Below, piece by piece: positions 18,577 to 28,117 of a DNA stretch of 64,000 bases. The stretch lies in IMG/VR virus record IMGVR_UViG_3300021420_000014. One strand, written 5' to 3'. Under the pieces are notes generated by a model that was given only the letters and a program-made list of their open reading frames with translations, ran no database searches and was not told the DNA's origin. Source of the DNA: a virus. Both the position numbers and the translations under genes were made by a program. The first letter of the stretch is position 1. The number at the start of each line of letters is the position of its first letter.

Positions 18577-21500
18577 GTGACTAGTATACTCCGTGGCTCT
18601 GGTTATATTTATCCGAACAATCGTCTCGGTGGGATCCGCATCCAGACGTCCCTCTTTGGAATGCCAATACCTATCGTCGGCGGCCGTAATCGCATTGCGC
18701 CCAATATCCTCTGGTATGGCGATTTCGTTGCGCAGCATGTGGCTGGCGGTAAAAAGGGAGCATCGAGCGGCGGCTCGAGCGGCAAGAAGGGACAAGCTGA
18801 ATACGATTATGGAGCCGCTGTCATTCTCGGCCTTTGCCAAGGCCCAATCCAACGTGTTGGAAATATCTGGGCCAATTCCGGCTATCTGCCAGTAAATCTT
18901 ACGCAAGAAACTTTCACTGTTCCAAGCGGTGGCGGCCAGTACGTGGTTACTCAAGTCAACACGTTTTTGCAGGACATGGGTGTGCAACGCGCGGACTTCT
19001 TTAGCGTGCCGTCGAACGATTTTGCATCGCCCTATGGTGCGATCACGCTTACTGGCACGCAGCAGACTCCAATGTCGTATGGGGCAGGAACTGGCCACTA
19101 TTCCCAAAGTGGCGGCACATACACTTTCTACGGTGGCGACGCAGGAAAGATCGTTACGATCAGCTATACCTATGCGCCGCCGATCACGACCGGTGGCGTA
19201 GCGCAGGATCCGATCACGACGATTGGCTTCTCATTTTTCAATGGCGCGCAAGGTCAAGCTCCTTGGGGCTATATGAGCTCGCGTCATCCAACGCAAGCTC
19301 TTGGCTACACGACGATTGCTTATGCAGCAACGCCACGGCTAGATCTTGGAGTTTCAGGAACGCTGCCGAATTTCAATTTTGAAATCTATGGCCTCGATCA
19401 TTTCGGCCGCGGCGTTTGGGATTGCGATCCTTCTGTGTGGATTCAGGACATGCTTACGAATGCAATCTGGGGTGTGGGATTTTCTGTTAACGATATTGGT
19501 TCGATGAATCAGATGTCCAATTATTGCGTTGATCCGAAGACACGGATCTTGACCGCTGATCTTAGGTGGATTCCCGCTAGCGAGATAAAAGTTGGCTGCA
19601 GTGTTCTAGCGTTCGATGAAGAATCAACAGTAAAACGCAGCGGACGCGGCACGTGGAAGGGACGCCAATGGAAAGTCTCGGAGATCCAGGAAAAACGGAT
19701 CATTAAAAGGCCGTGCTACAAAATCCATCTAAGCGATGGCACCACGCTTATATCGTCTGCGGAGCATCTATGGTTGGCATCAAGAGGGGAGGAGCATCAC
19801 TATCACTGGATCCGAACCGATCAGTTAATGACTAATCGCTTTTCCTGGGGCCGTAAATGGTGCCTCTTCAAAGCAATAGCTACTTGGAGCGAGCGTCAGG
19901 AATATCAAGCAGGCTATTTGGCTGCTGCTTTTGACGGAGAAGGCTCATTCAGCCAAGGTCGAAGATACTGGGCTCATGAAGAAGGCCTGAAAAAGGGCTG
20001 CGGTACAACCTCGTTGTCATTCGCTCAAAAACCTAATGCAATGCTCCATGCAACTAAGGAATATCTGCATGACTTTGGCTTCATGTTCAGCGAAAGGCCG
20101 CGGAAGGATCACGATCTTGTAGATATACAAATCCTAGGTGGCATCACTGACTATTTACGATTCGTAGGAACTGTTCGTCCGCATCGACTTCTAGAAAACT
20201 TTGATCCGGCGAAGCTTGGCAAGTTTGCACGCAAGGAAGCGATAGCTGTAATAGGTTTGGAGTACATTGGCGAACAGGAAGTAGTAGCGCTACAGACATC
20301 AGAACATACGTTTATTGCCGAGGGCTTCGCAAGCCACAACTGCGTGGCCAACGGGCTCTTTATTTCTCCAGTATGCGATGAGCAGCGGACCGCCGGCGAC
20401 TATATCAAGGACTGGCTCGAGGCCACCAATACTGAAATCGTGGAATCCGGCGGAGTGCTGACTTTCATCCCACGCGGAGATACGACCACCGTTGGTAACG
20501 GGGTGACTTTCACACCGCAAACCGCGCCAATCTATGGTCTCGACGATAGTGCGTTCATCCGAGATGGCCAGGCACCGCCCGTCAAAGTACGCCGCCCTTC
20601 AATTCAGGATGCCTACAACTCGATCAAGATCGAATATGTGGATGTCTTCAATAATTACAATCCATCGGTTGTTGAAGCTCAGGATCTCGGAGCAATTCAA
20701 CGATATCGCTATCGTCCTGAAGGCCAGCGCAACTGGCATTTTTTTACGCAACAGACACCAGCCGCATTAGCAGCTCAAACGCTTCTCGTCCGTAAGGTCT
20801 ATATCCGCAATACCTACGAATTCAAATTGAGCATGCGGTATCTACTGCTCGATCCAATGGATATCGTAACGATTCCGGCGCACCTGATTTACGGGACCGG
20901 CTTAAACCAACTGGTATGGTCACAAAACTTCGAAAACGTTTGGACGATCCATCAAATTGTGACGCCAAGCCCAGGAATAGTTGCTCCGGATGGAACCTTG
21001 ACCGCAGAAGCTTTTGTTGCGACGGCTGGAGCCACTGATTCTTATGCTTTGCAGGTGGTGGGGAATATTACAGCAGGAGCACCTTATATATTCTCCGTTT
21101 GGCTGAAGGTTCCTAGCGGCACCAAATCCACTAACATCTATCTCTATGCGGTAACAGGGGCGACTCTCGTACCGGTCACCGTAACATCTGCTTGGAAGCG
21201 TTTCCTCATTACGGGAATTTCTAGTGGCACCAGTCTGACAGTGCAAATAGGCGGCGGCGGTACGTTTACTTCTGGCGAAATCGATGCGTGGGGGACTCAA
21301 CTGGAACCAGATTCTGGCTCCCACATTCCTAGCATATATTCACCGACCCAGGGTAAACCAGCCTATACGCCAGATGTAGCGGTTCGCCTCATCTCTGTCA
21401 CTGAAAATTCAGATAACACATTATCGTTCGAGGCCGAAGATTTTCCGTGGGGCTGCTCTGGACCAACGCTTTATCCGAAACAGATTCCTAATCCTGGCGG

Positions 21501-22080
21501 GCCCAATCCTTATGCATCTCCTGGCAGCGTCAATATACCGATTATCTTTGAGGCACTCGAACGACTCAATAATCAAATTGGCCATGCGATCTGGTTCGGT
21601 CTTTCTGGGTCCAATTCCAATTGGGGCGGCTGCCAGATTTGGGTGTCGCTTGACGGTGGGTCTACCTATCAACATATCACGACAGCCGTATCGCCAACTA
21701 AGATGGGCGTGCTCACTTCGCAGCTTGTATCACACACCGATCCAGACACAGTGGATTCTTTCGGCGTGGACCTTACCGAATCGTTCGGCCAGTTAGCAAG
21801 CGTGACTCAAGTAGAGTGCGATGCAAATGCCACGCTTTCATTTATTAGCTCGCCAGAAAACGCGCAGGATACGTTTGCTCCTGTTATTACCGCTTTCTAT
21901 CTACAGGATCCAGCAGGACAGATATGGCAGCTTTCAGTAACCGATGCAGGTGTGCTTCAAACGATTCCTGCATCGGTTACTGGAACTATTCCTAAAAGTA
22001 TTGTGCTAAATGCTGCTGACGGCGGTTCGTGGTCGATCAGCGTGGATACGTCTGGAGTTCTGACCGCGATAAGGATTTGA
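18577..22080 (+). CDS. tail tip/central fibre protein, N-terminal part, intein-containing
   Basis: IQTSLFGMPIPIVGGRNRI, LGLCQGPI, LPNFNFEI tail-tip motifs; CBM-like insert; start GTG 18577 or TTG 18565. Confidence 0.8.
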   Translation: MTSILRGSGYIYPNNRLGGIRIQTSLFGMPIPIVGGRNRIAPNILWYGDFVAQHVAGGKKGASSGGSSGKKGQAEYDYGAAVILGLCQGPIQRVGNIWANSGYLPVNLTQETFTVPSGGGQYVVTQVNTFLQDMGVQRADFFSVPSNDFASPYGAITLTGTQQTPMSYGAGTGHYSQSGGTYTFYGGDAGKIVTISYTYAPPITTGGVAQDPITTIGFSFFNGAQGQAPWGYMSSRHPTQALGYTTIAYAATPRLDLGVSGTLPNFNFEIYGLDHFGRGVWDCDPSVWIQDMLTNAIWGVGFSVNDIGSMNQMSNYCVDPKTRILTADLRWIPASEIKVGCSVLAFDEESTVKRSGRGTWKGRQWKVSEIQEKRIIKRPCYKIHLSDGTTLISSAEHLWLASRGEEHHYHWIRTDQLMTNRFSWGRKWCLFKAIATWSERQEYQAGYLAAAFDGEGSFSQGRRYWAHEEGLKKGCGTTSLSFAQKPNAMLHATKEYLHDFGFMFSERPRKDHDLVDIQILGGITDYLRFVGTVRPHRLLENFDPAKLGKFARKEAIAVIGLEYIGEQEVVALQTSEHTFIAEGFASHNCVANGLFISPVCDEQRTAGDYIKDWLEATNTEIVESGGVLTFIPRGDTTTVGNGVTFTPQTAPIYGLDDSAFIRDGQAPPVKVRRPSIQDAYNSIKIEYVDVFNNYNPSVVEAQDLGAIQRYRYRPEGQRNWHFFTQQTPAALAAQTLLVRKVYIRNTYEFKLSMRYLLLDPMDIVTIPAHLIYGTGLNQLVWSQNFENVWTIHQIVTPSPGIVAPDGTLTAEAFVATAGATDSYALQVVGNITAGAPYIFSVWLKVPSGTKSTNIYLYAVTGATLVPVTVTSAWKRFLITGISSGTSLTVQIGGGGTFTSGEIDAWGTQLEPDSGSHIPSIYSPTQGKPAYTPDVAVRLISVTENSDNTLSFEAEDFPWGCSGPTLYPKQIPNPGGPNPYASPGSVNIPIIFEALERLNNQIGHAIWFGLSGSNSNWGGCQIWVSLDGGSTYQHITTAVSPTKMGVLTSQLVSHTDPDTVDSFGVDLTESFGQLASVTQVECDANATLSFISSPENAQDTFAPVITAFYLQDPAGQIWQLSVTDAGVLQTIPASVTGTIPKSIVLNAADGGSWSISVDTSGVLTAIRI
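19525..20340 (+). mobile_element. intein (272 aa) with LAGLIDADG endonuclease
   Basis: Starts CVDPKTRILTAD; block B SAEHLWL; YLAAAFDGEGSF; ends FIAEGFASHN followed by Cys+1. Confidence 0.92.
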
Positions 22081-22081
22081 A

Positions 22082-24412
22082 ATGCCTTGGGATCCATCAC
22101 AAGGGCCATGGCCAATCTACCCGGAGTCGATACGACGCAGACTCCAGGCACTTCTATCCGATCTTGTAGAGCCTGTAAAGGTTCCTATCGGTGGAATTCC
22201 ATCAATACTTAATCTCGTCAGTCCGAGTGGAATTGCCTACAATTTATCCATCACGTCTGCTGGAGCTTTGCAGACCACCCAGGTTCAAACATCGTTTTAC
22301 CATCCGGGCAGCACTATAGCCTCAGATAATTTCAATCGGGCATTACTTGGTGCAAATTGGGGTACAAACGACAACGCGATGGTGATCAACAACTCCACAG
22401 ACATCGAACCGCGGAATATCGTCGATTATTCAACGGCTCGTTGGTTGCCGACTACTTTTCCACCAGATCAATCATCGCAAGCCACAATTACAGCTCTAGG
22501 GTCCGGAGACGCTATTGGTGTGGCAGTACGGATGGATCCAGCAGGTGCACGAATTTACTATGCCTTTTTCTTATCATCCAATACGGCCACGCTGATCATA
22601 TATGACTCAATCATCACAGTTCTCGCTATCAGGTCGTATGCCGCCAACGTTGGCGACGTTATATTACTGCAGGTAATCGGTAATAAGCTGAATTGTATGG
22701 TTAACGGCGTCTCTATTTTGACTGCCACGGATAATACCCTTACATCTGGTCAGCCTGGTATCGAAGGACTCGCAGCTCATTCGCCAGCACTCAGTCGCGT
22801 CGATAATTGGAGTGCTGTAAGCATCATTTCTAATTGGACAGTGACTGTTGATAGTTTGGCACTTCTCGGCGACGGCGTTTACGAATCAGGTACTTCTGGC
22901 ACGTCTGGCCTGATGTACTGGAATGTGAGCTCTTTTCCGGCCGATCAGCAAGCCAACTTGCGAATCGATGGGTTATTCGGCGACACCATTTCTTTCATCG
23001 GTCCAGCTGTGCGTGTAGCTGCTAGCGGAAATACACGTTATGCCGCGCTAGTTCGCGGCGATGGCCAGTTGATCTTGCAGAAGATGGTTGCTGGCACTCC
23101 CACGATCTTAGGAACGTTGCCAGCCGGGACGGTGCACGTCGAAGACGTTGTGGCAATTTCCGCAGTCCAGTCGACGATAACCGTATATCTCAATGGTAAT
23201 GCGGTTCTGTCTGCTATTGACTCGGCTATTGCAGGCGGGCAACCGGGCATCGCCGGCGTTGGCGGTCAATCCGGCACAAATGGCACGGATTGGGCGGCGA
23301 TCTCACTTGGCACTAATCTTGGCGAGCTCATCTCCTATCAAGCCGCCACACTTACTTCGAGCAATAAATATGCGATTGACACGCGTATTCGCCGTGGAGT
23401 CTATAACTCGTTGATCAGCACACATCCACTTGGATCAGCTTACATGCTTTTGGATGATTCAGTTGAAGCCTGGAATTATGATCCTATTTTGATCGGGAAG
23501 ACGGTTTTCTTCAAATTTACGTCCTTCAACCAATCTGGGTTATTGCAAGAACTTTTGGCTAACGTGATTGCCTACCCCTTTACAATTACTGGGCAAAGCA
23601 TCGGCCTTCTGACCCCGGCGCACATTACCTATCGTCCGACCTCGAATCCTTTGACTGCCCATGATGCTGGCTCGAGTGCAACTATTTTCATAGCCTCATT
23701 TAGCATGCGCGTGCCAGGAATAGCAGATATCGTAGAAAATTCAGGATCGATCACAGGTCTTGTCTACAACACGCTCTATTACGTCTATTTTGATGACCCA
23801 GGATTTGTTGGCGGAGCTGTGATTTATTTAGCTACCACGGTCAAAGAAACAGCCTTAAGTGGTGCTGGACGGTTTTTCGTGGGTTCGATTCTAGCACCTA
23901 TAGCGGGTGCTCAGGATACAGTTGGAAATGGCGATGGTGGATCAGGGGCGCAATCCGGAAATGTATATAGAGTAAGCTTTATCAACGCGCAAGCAGTTAC
24001 GATTATAGGATCGTTCGCGATCATTAACCCCTATGGTGCGATCGATGGTGATACGACCACGTTCGCGACAATTGGCTGCGCTGGGGGTAATGATTCTCAG
24101 ACGCTCGAATTGCTTAATGCCCCATCTATTATTCAAAGACCGTCAAGTATTGCAATCAAGTATTGGCGTCAGATAACTGTTTCTTCTGGGGCAGTAGCCT
24201 GGACTGCATCGCTTTATGATCCTACAGGTTCTTCTCAAACGGTTCTTTTGGAATCACTTACTAACCCAGGTGTCGATGCAGCACCAGTGTTAATTACTAT
24301 TCCTCTTGCACTTAATGTAAACATAAACAACTATCAGTTCAGGGGTGAAGTAAGTGGAACAGGCTCGATGACTCTTAAACTATTCGAAACATGGTTTGAA
24401 TATACTTCTTGA
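22082..24412 (+). CDS. tail tip protein, C-terminal part, with two lectin-like domains
   Basis: Two repeats ending GQPGI, then GELISYQAATL..RRGVY..KFTSFN; AAGGA SD. Confidence 0.7.
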   Translation: MPWDPSQGPWPIYPESIRRRLQALLSDLVEPVKVPIGGIPSILNLVSPSGIAYNLSITSAGALQTTQVQTSFYHPGSTIASDNFNRALLGANWGTNDNAMVINNSTDIEPRNIVDYSTARWLPTTFPPDQSSQATITALGSGDAIGVAVRMDPAGARIYYAFFLSSNTATLIIYDSIITVLAIRSYAANVGDVILLQVIGNKLNCMVNGVSILTATDNTLTSGQPGIEGLAAHSPALSRVDNWSAVSIISNWTVTVDSLALLGDGVYESGTSGTSGLMYWNVSSFPADQQANLRIDGLFGDTISFIGPAVRVAASGNTRYAALVRGDGQLILQKMVAGTPTILGTLPAGTVHVEDVVAISAVQSTITVYLNGNAVLSAIDSAIAGGQPGIAGVGGQSGTNGTDWAAISLGTNLGELISYQAATLTSSNKYAIDTRIRRGVYNSLISTHPLGSAYMLLDDSVEAWNYDPILIGKTVFFKFTSFNQSGLLQELLANVIAYPFTITGQSIGLLTPAHITYRPTSNPLTAHDAGSSATIFIASFSMRVPGIADIVENSGSITGLVYNTLYYVYFDDPGFVGGAVIYLATTVKETALSGAGRFFVGSILAPIAGAQDTVGNGDGGSGAQSGNVYRVSFINAQAVTIIGSFAIINPYGAIDGDTTTFATIGCAGGNDSQTLELLNAPSIIQRPSSIAIKYWRQITVSSGAVAWTASLYDPTGSSQTVLLESLTNPGVDAAPVLITIPLALNVNINNYQFRGEVSGTGSMTLKLFETWFEYTS

Positions 24413-24422
24413 AGGGCGGCAA

Positions 24423-24686
24423 ATGAAAAAACTGAATCCAATTACAGTTGGTACTCATACTATTCAAATTATCGTCTCCGAGAATGCTGCTTATTCGCAC
24501 GTGCTTTTTTTTGAGGCAACGTGCTGCGGAAAGACGCGCATAGAAAATCGCATGACGCACCAAGGTCCAGCCGATCATCCTGTTGATTTATTTGCCAAGG
24601 ATGTCGCAGCCCATGCCCGGAAGCTAGCAGAAGAAGTTGCCGGCCGTTGCCAAAGTGCTGATTTGGTCAAGCGGTTCACCTCTTAG
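24423..24686 (+). CDS. hypothetical protein
   Basis: ORF after tail tip gene; GAAGGG SD. Confidence 0.45.
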   Translation: MKKLNPITVGTHTIQIIVSENAAYSHVLFFEATCCGKTRIENRMTHQGPADHPVDLFAKDVAAHARKLAEEVAGRCQSADLVKRFTS

Positions 24687-24727
24687 CACTTCACCGAATA
24701 ATAAAGGTAGGAATGGTTAACTGGCGA

Positions 24728-24736
24728 TGGTATGAT
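24728..24736 (+). promoter_or_regulatory. possible extended -10 promoter (TGGTATGAT) upstream of lysis genes
   Basis: TGn-TATGAT about 20 nt before holin ATG. Confidence 0.35.
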
Positions 24737-24755
24737 CCGCCCGTAAAGGAGCAGC

Positions 24756-24986
24756 ATGAACGGCTATAAATCGATTCTCACCTCTAAGACGTTTTGGGGA
24801 GCGGTCGTCGCCGTCTATGCGGCAGTGTTCCCCTCGCACGTTGCTTATTTATTGTCGTTGTTCGGCGTTACCGACCAGATGATGCTTGCGGCTAAGATCG
24901 TCTCGGTCCTCGGCGGAGTTTTCTCTATTTATGGCCGCATTGCAGCCAAGAAGCTCGTCACCCTCACGGGAAAGCCCCCAGCCTGA
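24756..24986 (+). CDS. holin
   Basis: 76 aa, two TM segments, KSILTSKTFWG N-terminus, basic tail; AAGGAG SD. Confidence 0.7.
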   Translation: MNGYKSILTSKTFWGAVVAVYAAVFPSHVAYLLSLFGVTDQMMLAAKIVSVLGGVFSIYGRIAAKKLVTLTGKPPA

Positions 24987-25018
24987 TTACCGCTGGGTAG
25001 CAACTTAACGGAGGCTAA

Positions 25019-25621
25019 ATGAAAGCAATAACTCGCAGGAACTTCGGCAAGCTCTGGGGCACCTGTCTGCTCGCACTCTCGGTCGGTCCCTCTCTGCTTT
25101 CGACAGGCTGCGGCACGTCATTCGCCACAATTCTCTCCTGGATCGATACGGGTCTCGCTGCATTTCAAGCTGTGGTCGACTTGCTCGTTGGCCAAGGGAT
25201 TCTTATGGTTACCGCTGGATCGGCCATCGATCTCGTTATCAAAGCCGTAAAGGCGGCGATAGCCGACATCGGCACAGCAGTGAGCAACTACAACGCTGCT
25301 CCAGCCGCTAGCAAGGCCAGCTTGGTAGGCAAGATTTCTACAGCACTGGTCGTTGCCCAAAACTTGATCGCGCAATTCTGGAATGACCTCAGCATACCCG
25401 ACACTAAGCTTGCTTCGACTGTCGCCGGATTGCTTGGGCTGATCGTCTCGACACTCGCCGGCTTTATGAGTCTGTTGCCGCCAACACCTGCACCGGCAGC
25501 GTTGAGGACGTTCCCGAAGACCCTAACAGTGACTCCGCAGAAGCGTTCGGTTCCTCAATTTAAGAGCGCGTTCAATGGCATCCTGGACGCTAATGGTTTC
25601 AGCCAGTACAAAAAATTCTAG
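25019..25621 (+). CDS. Tat-exported lipoprotein
   Basis: TRRNFGK twin-arginine motif, hydrophobic stretch, lipobox-like LSTG-C. Confidence 0.6.
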   Translation: MKAITRRNFGKLWGTCLLALSVGPSLLSTGCGTSFATILSWIDTGLAAFQAVVDLLVGQGILMVTAGSAIDLVIKAVKAAIADIGTAVSNYNAAPAASKASLVGKISTALVVAQNLIAQFWNDLSIPDTKLASTVAGLLGLIVSTLAGFMSLLPPTPAPAALRTFPKTLTVTPQKRSVPQFKSAFNGILDANGFSQYKKF

Positions 25622-26116
25622 GTGAGAAGGTTGGCCATCATCGTGCTCTCGTTGGCACTTTTTACACCAACGAGAGCACATTCAAAGCCGCGTAAACTGG
25701 CACGTGCTGCACATTCCAGCGGCAAGTTCTTAAGCAGAAAAGTTGGACAAGCCGGAGACGCGGTTACCAACGCTGTGGCCGATTGCTTCAAGAGCAAACT
25801 GATGGCTGTAGAGTGCGCGGTCATTGTCGGATCTACCGTTTGGGATGCTAAATCCACTTTATCCTGCGCAAGCCACGCTACGCTGCCTTGTTACGGAGCC
25901 AACCTTGCTTTGTCGCCGCGGCCGTCTCTTGTGCAGACTGTATCTGTTGGGGTGTCCGAAGATCTCGCGTTGCTGGCATCCGCGGACGCTGTTCGTAGAA
26001 CATCTCCAGTGTCTTCTGTTCTAGTGTTGGTAACTCCCGTCGCCCTTCATATAGAGAGTATTATGGATAACGATGGGGAAGTTAGAGACCTAAGGAATCA
26101 GGGAGTCCTTAAGTAA
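25622..26116 (+). CDS. signal-peptide/membrane protein
   Basis: MRRLAIIVLSLALFTPTRAHS leader. Confidence 0.45.
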   Translation: MRRLAIIVLSLALFTPTRAHSKPRKLARAAHSSGKFLSRKVGQAGDAVTNAVADCFKSKLMAVECAVIVGSTVWDAKSTLSCASHATLPCYGANLALSPRPSLVQTVSVGVSEDLALLASADAVRRTSPVSSVLVLVTPVALHIESIMDNDGEVRDLRNQGVLK

Positions 26117-26117
26117 A

Positions 26118-26375
26118 ATGCTCTCACCCAATGCTTCGCAGATCGAGACTGCCGTAGACACACTCATGTCGGTCAGCAACTTCGTTCGTGAATCTCAGCA
26201 GAAAGAACTCACGTCCGCGATGGGTGCGCCCACGCTTGAAAAGATAGGATCCACATACCCGCTCACCCATGATTTCCGGCTCGGCTACGAACTCGGTCTG
26301 CAGACGGCGCGCATCGTAATCGCAGAATCAGTCGCGTTGATCTTGAAACATGTAAATCCTGACGAGGTGCTGTAG
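26118..26375 (+). CDS. hypothetical protein
   Basis: 85-aa ORF in operon. Confidence 0.45.
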   Translation: MLSPNASQIETAVDTLMSVSNFVRESQQKELTSAMGAPTLEKIGSTYPLTHDFRLGYELGLQTARIVIAESVALILKHVNPDEVL

Positions 26376-26460
26376 GTGAAGTGGCGCGGTACACGTTTAA
26401 TGGGTTGCAATCGTAAGGTGAGATGCCGCGCCGACCGCCATTATAGATGAGGTGACTAAA

Positions 26461-27285
26461 ATGCCAGAACTTATTCTTTCTCCTGGTGGACGCCGTTACG
26501 GATACATTCGCAAGCCGCATAGCCATCGTGCATTCGGACTCGCATCGGTCCCGAATCTGAAACTGATCGCACTGCCGCCAGTCGATGAGCATCTCGCGCA
26601 GTGGATGCCTCCGGTCAAGGATCAAGGAAACCTAGGGGCCTGCACTGCATTTGCCGGCACCGAAGATCGCGAAGCGATCGCTCGGCAGTTTGAGAACGCC
26701 TCACCAATTCTGGCTCCGCTTTTTCTCTATTACCTCGAACGCCAGATAGATGGCTCCGTCGATCAGGGCGATACCGGTTCGACAGGAGAAACCTCCTGCA
26801 AGGCGCAGATCCAGTTCGGGATTTGCGAAGAGACGGTCGATCCCTACGACACTTTCAACTTTAATCGCACGCCAACCGCAGCGCAGCTTGCCGCTGCTCT
26901 GAAGTGGAAGAATGGCGCCTACCACTCGATCTTCATCGTTGAGGACATCAAGACTTGCATTATTTCTGGCTATCGCGTTCGCATTGGTTTCAACGTTTAT
27001 GATTCTTTTGAGAACGACATCAAGTCAGACGGCCTCATGCCGATGCCGAATCCGAACAAGGAACAACTGCTCGGCGGGCACGAAGTGCTTGCTTACGCCT
27101 ATGATGATACTGTGCGTTGCCCGAACACCAACTCTCCTGGCGCAATCTGGATCCGCAACTCTTGGGGCTCATGGGGTCGCGGCGGCGACTTCGCTATGCC
27201 GTACGAGGCCTTCGCATCTCCGATATTAGCTGCCGATGCGAAAATACAGCACCTCGGCCCAAGATGGGTTCCTAAGGCTGCATGA
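26461..27285 (+). CDS. papain-like C1 cysteine peptidase
   Basis: DQGNLGACTAF (Cys), GGHEVL (His), IRNSWG (Asn). Confidence 0.9.
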   Translation: MPELILSPGGRRYGYIRKPHSHRAFGLASVPNLKLIALPPVDEHLAQWMPPVKDQGNLGACTAFAGTEDREAIARQFENASPILAPLFLYYLERQIDGSVDQGDTGSTGETSCKAQIQFGICEETVDPYDTFNFNRTPTAAQLAAALKWKNGAYHSIFIVEDIKTCIISGYRVRIGFNVYDSFENDIKSDGLMPMPNPNKEQLLGGHEVLAYAYDDTVRCPNTNSPGAIWIRNSWGSWGRGGDFAMPYEAFASPILAADAKIQHLGPRWVPKAA

Positions 27286-27322
27286 TGCGCTTGGTAGAAC
27301 AAACACACAATCGAAGGACCGA

Positions 27323-27916
27323 ATGAAAACTCTCATCATTATCGTGCTCGCGGCTTTGTCCGCGAACGCACAAGAATCGGTTAAGCAGGTGGCTCACTAC
27401 AAATCGGAAACAATCGCTGGATTCACTGCACAGTTACCTGATCCGAACTACAGCCCCGGCGCCGAGAATCCGGACATCACCCAAGCGACCATCGGCGACA
27501 CGACCTGCAATCCACACTGGAGCACGAAAAGTATTCGGCCGCCAGCCTCTTACACCAACAAGCTCAAGCGCGAGCAGATGATTGCATATGGCGATACAGT
27601 TCCACAGATCCCGCCGCTAGGAAATCCGCCAGACGTCTCTAAGTGCATCGCGCATTCAAACGATCCCCATTGTTATGAAGAGGATCACATAATTTCTCTG
27701 GAGGGCGGGGGCCATCCACGTGATCCGAAGAATCTGATGCCGCAGCCGTATTATCCAAGGCCAGGCGCACACGAAAAAGATGCGGTCGAAAATCTTCTCT
27801 TTGGAAAGCCGCGAGGGCTCGTGTGTTCTGGCAAGATGTCGCTTGTAGATGCGCAGAAGGCCATAAAGACCGATTGGCTTGCGGTTTGGGTGAAGCACAT
27901 TGGTCCGACAAAATGA
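27323..27916 (+). CDS. secreted HNH-like nuclease-fold protein
   Basis: Signal peptide ending ANA-Q; YEEDHIISLEGGG..NLMPQ..KDAVEN. Confidence 0.65.
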   Translation: MKTLIIIVLAALSANAQESVKQVAHYKSETIAGFTAQLPDPNYSPGAENPDITQATIGDTTCNPHWSTKSIRPPASYTNKLKREQMIAYGDTVPQIPPLGNPPDVSKCIAHSNDPHCYEEDHIISLEGGGHPRDPKNLMPQPYYPRPGAHEKDAVENLLFGKPRGLVCSGKMSLVDAQKAIKTDWLAVWVKHIGPTK

Positions 27917-28116
27917 GAACCGACCCGCCTCTCATCGGCCCTGATCCTGAGTGGAAATTCTTACTGAGCGGGAAGGATCATGTTTTCTATGCACTCGCCG
28001 GTATAGCAGTGCTCGCCATCTTTATTGCACCTAAGGCTCCGCGCGCAGCGGCCCTCACGGTTGGTCTTGCTTTGGGCTGCATAGCTGACTTGTGGGCTCA
28101 CGAGTACGGCCACTGA
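27913..28116 (+). CDS. small two-TM membrane protein
   Basis: Two hydrophobic segments; between lysis genes. Confidence 0.45.
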   Translation: MRTDPPLIGPDPEWKFLLSGKDHVFYALAGIAVLAIFIAPKAPRAAALTVGLALGCIADLWAHEYGH

Positions 28117-28117
28117 A

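Noticed and set aside
13908-22080. Gene transfer agent interpretation of the DUF2460-DUF2163-NlpC-tail block
   Set aside because: The block is shared with many siphoviruses, and the large early region and homing endonucleases indicate a phage.
22068-22084. Programmed +1 frameshift at ATT-TGA-A joining the tail-tip genes
   Set aside because: An AAGGA SD 6 nt before ATG 22082 explains independent initiation, and re-pairing of tRNA-Ile on UUU is poor.
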